Below are positions 54,694-64,000 of a stretch of 64,000 nucleotides of DNA, in pieces. The notes beneath the pieces were generated by a model. It was not told the DNA's origin. It did no database searches and was given only the letters and a program-made list of their open reading frames with translations. The translations under genes were made by a program, and so were the position numbers. Within the stretch, counting starts at the first letter, position 1; every line of letters begins with the position of its first letter. The stretch comes from Octopus vulgaris (Eukaryota): positions 4,836,001-4,900,000 of the forward strand of contig OX597822.1 of NCBI GenBank assembly GCA_951406725.2, read 5' to 3'.

Positions 54694-56337
54694 TTTGCAC
54701 ATAAGGAAAAATGAACAATTTATTTTTATACAATTTATTCATTGAAATAAATTGTTTAAGATTGCTATCTGCATAAACAAACAATAGTCAGGTTACTCAT
54801 GAAAAAACCCATAAAAGCCACGGGAGCCTGGTCAAAAGGCGGGTAGAGTGCCCCTTTCTCCTTTTATATTTCCTTTTAATTTTTCACAGGTGTATCCTCA
54901 GAATTGGTCCGTTCATACTGGCCATACGTGGACTTTTTTCAAATGGACAAAACCCTTTGTAACTTTCGTCCTGTGTTTTGTCCCTTTATGTTTTATATAT
55001 ATATAATGCGTGTGTGTGTGTGTATGTATGTATGTATGTATATAAAATTAATATAATCAGCTAGGCACAGTGTGATACCATAAAGGTAAAATTCAATTGT
55101 CACTAAGTGTGACTAAGGGTGCTGATGCACCGACATTGCAAGAAATAAGAGTTAAAATATTCTTTATGCAGCAGGAAGAGTGCAGATATGCATACACACA
55201 TATGCTGACAGAGGAAGCAACTGCCCCATGCTGACTTGAAAATCCTCAGACTAAACATCTAGTGTCGTTTATTCTGTAGACATCATCAGTAAGGACTGCT
55301 GGAACAGCATGTGTTTGGCTAATGCAAACAACATCCATTCACACAAAATTTCTGTGAATGCATTCAAGTTTTTATGTTTTTCTTACTCTCTTTCTCTTCT
55401 GACTGGAGTGTGTGTGTGTGTGTGTGTGTTAATGTCTGTTTGTCTATCTATCTATCTATCTGAATAGTATTGTCAAAAGATTCATAGAAATGTAGATATA
55501 AAATTTTTTCTACACACCTACAAAGAAAAACCCATTCCTCAAAATACCTTCATTACAATGTTGTCTTTTGTTCTGTAAAATATGCTAATTTTCACACTTA
55601 ACTATGTACAACGTTGTACATCTACTCAGGGATCTTCTCACAACAAATATGGTGAAATTTATGCTCTGCTGAAGAAGTCTAATAAGGCCAAAACATATTG
55701 AGAGTTGTCTCCTATAAATAAGGAAATAATTGAAATAACTTTAACTATTGACTAATTTTGTCTTTTCTTCCCTGTCTAAATGTTTCTAATTACTTTATTA
55801 AGGCTCATTTCTTGATAACACTACCTTGACTATTGTTTGTTTATGCAGATAGCAATCTTAAGCAATTTATTTCAATGAATAAATTGTATAAAAATAAATT
55901 GTTCATCTTTCCTTATGTGCAAACTGACATACAGACAGATGCATGTAATAGCATCACACACACAAACTCATTAAACTCATTGTCTCTAACATATAAGAAT
56001 CCTCATTACACAACCTGTTATAAATATCCTCATAAATATATCCATATATATATTATCAACAAAAAAAACAACAAAAAACAATGTCAACAATTTCAAAAGG
56101 TAAAACATTCTTTAAACTAAACTTGATGGAAAAAAAAAAAAGAAAAATATCCATCCTCAAAGACATTTAGCCATGACAGTCCTGTCTTCTATTCAGGCAT
56201 TTTGTATCTTAGATTTCATTATCTAATGTGTCCTTCCTTTCTAAAGACAGACTGAGAGAGAATTTTCAGCTATTTCTAGCAATCATGTAGAGGCTCCTTC
56301 ATTGGCTCAAGTGGAGTTTTAGATTGGTGGCAAAATA

Positions 56338-57248
56338 TTGGGCTATCCCATAAATAATACGTTTTTTTTTACACTTCTTTTATTTTTCAAAATCAAAATA
56401 AACAAATTTCTTTTTTATTCTAAAATATATTCTCCTTCATTTTCTACAATGCTCTTCCATCTATCTTGTAGACTTGTAAGGCCCCTCTTCCAAAATTCAC
56501 TTGTCTGTGATGAAAAATACTCCTCCACTACTGTTTTGACCTCATCTACAGAATTCATATTTTTTCCTTCTAAATAATTTTGAAGACTGTGGAATAAATG
56601 ATAATCAGATAGGGCAATGTCCAGCGAAAATGGTGGGTGGGGCATCATTTCCCATTCAAAGTGCTCCAGCTTTTGGAATGTCATCCTCGCTGTATGTGGC
56701 TGAGCATTATCCTGATGGAAGAACACCTTTCATCTTGAAACCAAGATAGTCGTTTTCCGATGGCATGCAGGTGTTGATGATTGGTTGAGTGACCAAATCC
56801 AAGCTTCTCTGCCAGTTCTTCAACAGTTACGATGGGATTTTGCTCCACCAGGATTTGCAGGATCTCCTCATCAAGCTCAACAGATCTTCAAGGATGAGGC
56901 TTGTCTTCTAGGCTGTAATTTCTGGAAACACTATTCACACTGGCTTACACTTGGTGCCCAGTCCCCATATACTGCATTAACATTCCTTGCACATTCTGCT
57001 GTGTTGTTGCCTTTATTGAAGCCATAAAGTAAAATATGCCAAATATGCTCCTTTGTCATGTCCATTACAGCTTTGAAAATATAACTGTTAAAATCAAACT
57101 GCACTCTTTAAAACTTGCACTAAGAATATGCACAAGGTAAAATTACTACCTGCTTTTATAGCAAGGTGTTGCAGGTAGTTTATCCTGTCCCCCTCCAACT
57201 TTTAGTTCATGTAATCGAAAAAACCGCATTATTTATGGGATGACCCAA
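56338..57248 (-). mobile_element. Internally deleted mariner (DD34D)
   Basis: TA TSD; TIRs TTGGGCTATCCCATAAATAAT / ATTATTTATGGGATGACCCAA; motifs HQDNAQPHTA and HPPFSLDIALSDYHLF. Confidence 0.9.
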
Positions 57249-57733
57249 TAGATTAAACTGCTGACAAATCACTTATATTATAGATACCTAATAATGGTAT
57301 CTAGCTTATACACAAGTGTTGTTGCTGAAAGGGACAAATATATATTGCACTGCTTATACTAGCAGAGAATATCTGGGTTTGAACTGCTGATGTCAGTCAG
57401 CTGCCCATTTATTGAGAGCTACATAATATTGTAACAATCACAAAAAAAAAAAAAGAAAAAAATCTGGTCAAGTGGATTCAGGTTTTGGACAGTGAGATAT
57501 TGTCAGTTTTAGCTAAGCTTATTACTTTTAACCCTTTTGACATTTATTCGGACCAGCAACCCTATTGATCCCACCATTTACCATTCTTTATACATGATCT
57601 GAAGCAAATGCAATGTTTCAAAGAATCGGCTCTTATCAACTCTACTAGCTGGGAACTGACCTGGAATCAGTATTAAAAAAATATTTCCAAGCTTCTTTTC
57701 ATTTTGATATGTGTGTGTGTGTGTGTGTGTGTG

Positions 57734-57774
<41 letters not shown>

Positions 57775-58540
57775 CCATAAAATACATGTTTTTTTTAAAC
57801 TTTTTCTTTTTTGGTGGTAATGTTATTTGGTCCTTTGATGTTGGTGTGTTTTCTTTGATACTAGATATCCCTAGTCTTGTGAAACTTTGCTTCAGCACAA
57901 AGAGACAAAGGAACAAGAGTAATTAACAACTTTAGGTGAGCAAGCTCTGTGACCAGAACAAAGCAGTTATGATAAAGAAGTAAGTGGCTATAAAAATGGT
58001 TTGACTGGAAACACAAAGCTGTTAAGCATCGGTTTAGGAAGAGGATTTAAAATTCTGTCACTCTTGAGATATTTCAAAGTGAGAAACATGTTACATTCTA
58101 AAAGGAATGAAAGATTGGTTTGCTTCACTACTCAGTCTGCTGTGGATAATGTGACACAGAGATAGAACTGTATCAAGAAGAAACAAGACCCAAAATATTT
58201 TGTTGCGTTTCGGTCTTAAACTGATAGGAAGTTTGTTAAACTTCTCATAGTAGTAGATTTCATTTTACTCCTCTTTGCCATGTAAATAATATGATTGAAA
58301 GCATAAAAATAGAACATGGAAAATAAAGATACATAGAATGGCCTGTCATATTTTATGAAGGATTCACTTGAAATATTTCACAATGTATATAGCTCCCAGG
58401 AAATTATATTGGGGGAAAAAAAAACCATCAAATGTCTTGACACTTCTGAAACAGTGTTTAGCCATTAATGTGTGATTAACTCTATTGATTTCAGTAGAGT
58501 GAGAAATAGAAGTAGTGACAATTCTAACATAGAGGCAATA

Positions 58541-58571
<31 letters not shown>

Positions 58572-58785
58572 CTAACATTGGGTCATAATGTATTATGGAG
58601 TTGATTGTGACCATAGGTCACAAATTCCCTTAATACATTATGATCTCCTACAACCATCACAATCCATATAACAACCTCAGCTCCATAAACTGATGTATGG
58701 TCATAAAATGTAAAGATAAAAACCAGACTGGCTGATTGAAAGAGTTGGCACTTCTCGCTCAGAATGACTTTTACATATACATAAC

Positions 58786-58848
<63 letters not shown>

Positions 58849-61221
58849 TGTGTTCTGCCTTTATAGAAAACAACCAAAAAATTGCTTTTTTCACTTTATA
58901 GAGCCCTACATGTAGTTACATATAAAAGCAGGGGAGGATTAACTTATATTATTACTAGAAAAAAGAGTGAAAAAAATCTTTTTTAGCATAAACATAATAA
59001 TAATGATAATAATAATAAAGATAGTAAAAATAGGGAAGGCAACAGTAATAAATAAGAAGAGAATAAATAACACAAACAACCTAAATAAAAAAACAATTTA
59101 TGTGTGAATTCACTGGAAATAGAAGTGGAATTGCTGGTTCAGAGGAGGAATTTCATTTTTTTTATTTTAACTAGTAACAAGGATAAATTTTGTAAGAATT
59201 AGTTATAGTAAAGAACTTTATAAGAATGTGGAACAGAAAACGGTTTACTATTTAAATGCAGCAGAATAAAAAAGTTTCATAAAAGAAATAAAATCAGATT
59301 GTGCCGGGCCCCCAATTGCAAAGTTTCAATTTCCAAATAAGGCAGTGCATTTTATTCTTGAGTAAAAGATTCCCCATTGTTCCTGTCTACTTTAGCTACA
59401 AATACGAATCAGCAACAGATGGAGGTGAGGGTTAACTCTGTGAAGGACTAATGTCCCATTCAAGGAGTAAAGTTGTAATCTGTTGCTTACACACCATGGA
59501 AACTGGGATAAGATCCAGCCAAATAAATCTGCTGGCTCATGACAGACTCATTTACTTATGATGCTGACGTTGACCAAGTGGTTCTCATAATGTTATGCTA
59601 TGACCATATCAGATTTTGATTAATATTTTCATTAACTTCCAAATATGAACACTAATGATACCAGTCATATCAGACAAGTTGGTAGTAAAATGGGAGAGGG
59701 AGACGCTATTATAAGAGTAAGCACTTCTTTTGGTAGAGAACAAAGCTAGTTGCAGGAGTCAACAGAACTGACACCAAACTCTTGCTAGTACTTGATGTAT
59801 TTCCTTTGAAACATTAATGGTATATAAAGTTAGCATCATCCAGCCTGTGTATACACAACTTATATAACAAGCATATGGTCTAGTGGTTCAGGAGTTGGAC
59901 TCATAATTGTGAGATCATGGTTTCAGTTCCCAGACTGAGTGGTGTGTTGTCTTCTTGAACAAAGTCCTACATTTTACGTTGCTCTGCAATAATTTTATCT
60001 GATGTATGGCACACTTGTGCACCTGTACAGGCACGGTTGATCTGAGGGAGGAGTTTTTTCACTATAAATAAAGCATCAGCATAGTTGTTCAGCAAGAAAT
60101 TGTGGAACTCTTATCTGCCGTTTAATGACAGGAAAGTCTATAATATATGTATATGTAATAGGTGCAGACTTGGCAGCATGGATACAGAATTTACTTTGTA
60201 ACTATGCAGTTTTGAGTTCCAGCTTTTTATGAGAACCTTGTGCAAGTATTTTCTACAACAGCTTCAAGCTGATCAATATCTTGCAAGTGAAATTAGTAAA
60301 CAGAAGCTTATGAAAACCCATCATGTGTGTTTTGTGTATGTGTGTACAGATGTTGACACTTCACATCTCTGTCTGAGTGGTATGATGTTTATATTCACTT
60401 CTGAAAACCAGTGAAATGAAAAATATCCCTTACTGAAAAACAATTAAAAATTGTCAACAGGAAGGGCATCTGACTGTAAAATGCAACTCGAAAAGGTTTC
60501 TGTCCAACCCATGCTAGCATGGAATAAAATGGACATTAAACTAATGAATGAACAAGTGAAACAAAATCGACCAATGACAATACCAGAAAAGTAAGAGATA
60601 TGAGAGTTATAATTAGCTCCATCACAAAAGAGTAATAACAGCAATAACAACAAACTGTAATAACTAGCATCAGGCCAAACATAACAATAAAACAATACTC
60701 TACACTTGTGAGCCATTCAGAAGTGAACCTGATGCTACAGGATGGAATTTGTATGAAACATGGAAATAACAGCAACAACGCAAATAACAACAACAACAAC
60801 AATAATGATAATAATATCATCATCACCATCCTAATACAAACAATATTTGTAATATTAAATATTTTTACATTTGTTTTCTCCCAAGCTAGCATAAGTTAAA
60901 TTGTTTTTCAATGGTTGCATGAATTGTTGCAGCAAGTGTTTTGTTTTTACAGTTGGATGCTCTGCCAAATGGCAACCATTCAACTGTGAAGTAGGAGTGA
61001 TGCTACCTATTTTCCAGTTGAATTGGCTGAGCCAAGTAAAATTAATAATATACCTGGTTGAGCAACACACACACTTAAAAAACACACAGACAGACAGAAC
61101 CTGATGCAAGAAGTGAACTGTTGAACAGAGAGTTTATTGAAGGTAAACTTGGTTAGAACATTAAATACAATAAGGAAATATATAAAAGCCTATATATGTA
61201 TGTATACGTTGTGTGCATATA

Positions 61222-61532
<311 letters not shown>

Positions 61533-61631
61533 ACATACTTCAATATCCATACATATCTTACATCTATTTTCTTTCCTCCACCTCACTCTCTATTTTGTAT
61601 CACATCTAAACTAACTATGACTTAACCATCC

Positions 61632-61681
61632 TCTCTGATGAAGGGATATAATTAATAAATATCCTGGAAACAGCTGTAAGA
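61632..61681 (+). ncRNA. Type I hammerhead ribozyme motif in a TA-flanked island
   Basis: TCT-CTGATGA-A-GGGATAT(loop)ATATCCT-G-GAAA-CAGCTG-TA-AGA; intact canonical core and palindromic stem III (ACAGCTGT). Confidence 0.7.
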
Positions 61682-61755
61682 CCTTCTATCTATAAATGTT
61701 CTAATACCTACACAGCCTTGTTTTTTTTTATCTCATTACGCAAAAAATTCTTATA

Positions 61756-61804
<49 letters not shown>

Positions 61805-61805
<1 letters not shown>

Positions 61806-62134
61806 AATCTTAATAGGTTGTACCACACCTTGATCTGAATTTTGCCCCTGACATTATTGCCAAAAGCCTTCTGAATCTTCTGGATGGTTTGAGCTTGAGT
61901 ATCACTAAGCTTTTGGCAAAATTTGATAAAGTATCTCTGCTTGATGTGTTCAGTCAAAATGAAAACTTGATGAGGGCGTGCTACACATCTGTACTCTAGG
62001 TGTAACAACTGGGGACTGACATGGTCCACTGGTATGAAAAGAGTGGTGTCACCTTCCAACCAAAAGATTTTGCCCACATGGCATTAGTTTTTGCAGGAAA
62101 AAAATAAAGATGGATACTTTTTGAACGCATCTCA
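61805..62134 (-). mobile_element. Mariner 5' fragment (TIR + HTH-coding start)
   Basis: Peptide QRYFIKFCQKLSDTQAQTIQKIQKAFG...IKVWYN; terminus TA-TGAGATGCGTTCAAAAAGTATCC. Confidence 0.75.
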
Positions 62135-64000
62135 TATGTTTGCTTGCAAGATTTGCATGAATTCGCATTCATTATTTTAATGTCTACTCGTATATTTAAC
62201 TCTTTCCTAACACATACAGATGAAAAATATACAGAGAGGCATGTGACATCATATAAAGGCACTCACATAGACGCCCATAACTTTTTACAAGAAAATATCT
62301 TAACATTATGATAGCCTAGCAAAGTGGATATTTAATAACTTTGTGTTTCTAACCAAACCAAATAATGGCTATTTCTTTATTGTAAGCTGCTTTCTTGTAG
62401 TCATACAGCTCTGTAGCCCATTTGTCTACTTTTCAAGTAAGTTTTCTGAAAGCTATTTAACATTGGCTTTGCACTCTTCTTTACATGTGTGTGAGTGTGT
62501 GTGCGTTTGTGTGTATATTTATGTGTGAGTGTGTGTGCGTTTGTGTGTATATTTATGTGTGAGTGTGTGTGTGTATTAGATTCACAAGACATGGATTAAC
62601 AATAAGTTACTTTTTTTCCAGGACATAATTTTTGATGTCATAAACTCAGCTAAGTGCATAAATAGCCACAAACAGAAATGTATTAACACATAAACCAAAT
62701 ACACTGATTTCCTTCTTTGAAAAAAACCTTCTAACCAATTGTATTACTTACATCATTTGCATCTTCAACAATAAGTAATTTGGTGAGCAGAATAGATTAG
62801 ATGTATCATTCTGGTAAACTAATATAATAGGAGTAGCAAAAAAAAAAAAACCCAAAAAAAACAGTCTATAAATTCTTAGAATGGTGTAGCAGAGGATTTG
62901 TTATTGTTTTAAAGGAAGAAAATGAACTTCATGCAGAAGTTCTTATTTACAATAGATTCATAGTAATTCTGGTATCCACCTTGGGGCTATTTTCTCACTA
63001 CCATACAACTTTTCAATAAAAACAGCTCAAGTGTAAGCCAAGATTCCATTATCAACACTTTCCTTTCATTCAATAGCAGAGAGATAATAGTAAAAATTTA
63101 GAAATAATAGTAAAAAAAAAATGTGTGTGCATGCGACAGAGTGTATGTGTATACATACACAGATACTGTATGTATGTATGTATGTATGTATGTATGTATG
63201 TATGTATGTATGTATGTATGTATGTATGTATGTATGCATGTATGTATAAACAAATATAATTAAAAGGAGGCATAGTGTAAGAAATAAATGGAATTGTAAA
63301 GTTTCAATGTTTCAAAGAGCAGTAGCATATTGTGAGAGGGTTCTTTAGGTAAATGGCAAGCTAGGAGATGAAAATAGGGTAAAAAAGAAAAGAAACAAAA
63401 AGAAAGAAACAAACCCATCCTCATAGAAAGTCAGAAGACTCAATTATAACAACTAAGATCAAACCTTACATAAAAAAAACCCTAAAAATTCTCCTTATAA
63501 TAACAACAACCACACAAAAGATATTTTTGCTGGGAGGAAAGTTCATTTAGTGTATACATACAGGTAATATTTTGACTTGTAACTTCGATATTTTAATGGA
63601 GAGAAGACATTTTAATTTGAGAGGATGATTGCTAAGTTTTCTGTCAGAGCAGTGAATTGAACAGAGTAAGTAATTAAATATACACAATCATTGTCATCAA
63701 CTCAACAGTGATAATAATAATGCTGACCATTGTTGTGAGGCATATTTAGTTAGATTAAAGCATATGAATATACTCAAAAAGCACTCACCCATTATCTATA
63801 AAAGTTGAAATAATTTCTCTACTTATAAAACCATACTCTTAATAAACCTTGATTCAATAATTCAATCCTTGTTCACCTGAAAATATTTTTAGCTATCATC
63901 TATCAATTTATGATGCCATCATGTTTGATAACAGTCGATCAGTACTGAAGCAAACGTAACAGAGAATATTTCAAAAGAGCATTATTTTCATATAAGATAT

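Overview
AT-rich, microsatellite-dense eukaryotic DNA, almost entirely intronic or intergenic. The SINE, RTE, R4/Dong and Penelope repertoire resembles an octopus (coleoid cephalopod) genome; this is an inference from repeat content. The centrepiece is a ~4.9 kb head-to-head inverted pair of near-identical Neptune-type Penelope-like elements (PLE; RT + GIY-YIG) at 34843-39753, embedded in (TA)n. The two arms complement each other's frameshifts, and each 3' UTR carries a minimal type I hammerhead ribozyme with a non-canonical U3-A8 core. At least two more well-formed hammerhead motifs (24649-24764, 61632-61681) and several decayed ones lie in unrelated TA/AT-rich islands. Other content: a full-length decayed Tc1 with ~215 bp TIRs nested in a SINE, mariner remnants, piggyBac-, Merlin- and Helitron-type non-autonomous elements, RTE and R4/Dong LINE fragments, many tRNA-derived SINEs, local inverted duplications, and two pre-miRNA-sized hairpins. 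No host gene can be identified; a few minus-strand candidate exons are reported at low confidence. Most ORFs in the supplied track are microsatellite or antisense artefacts.
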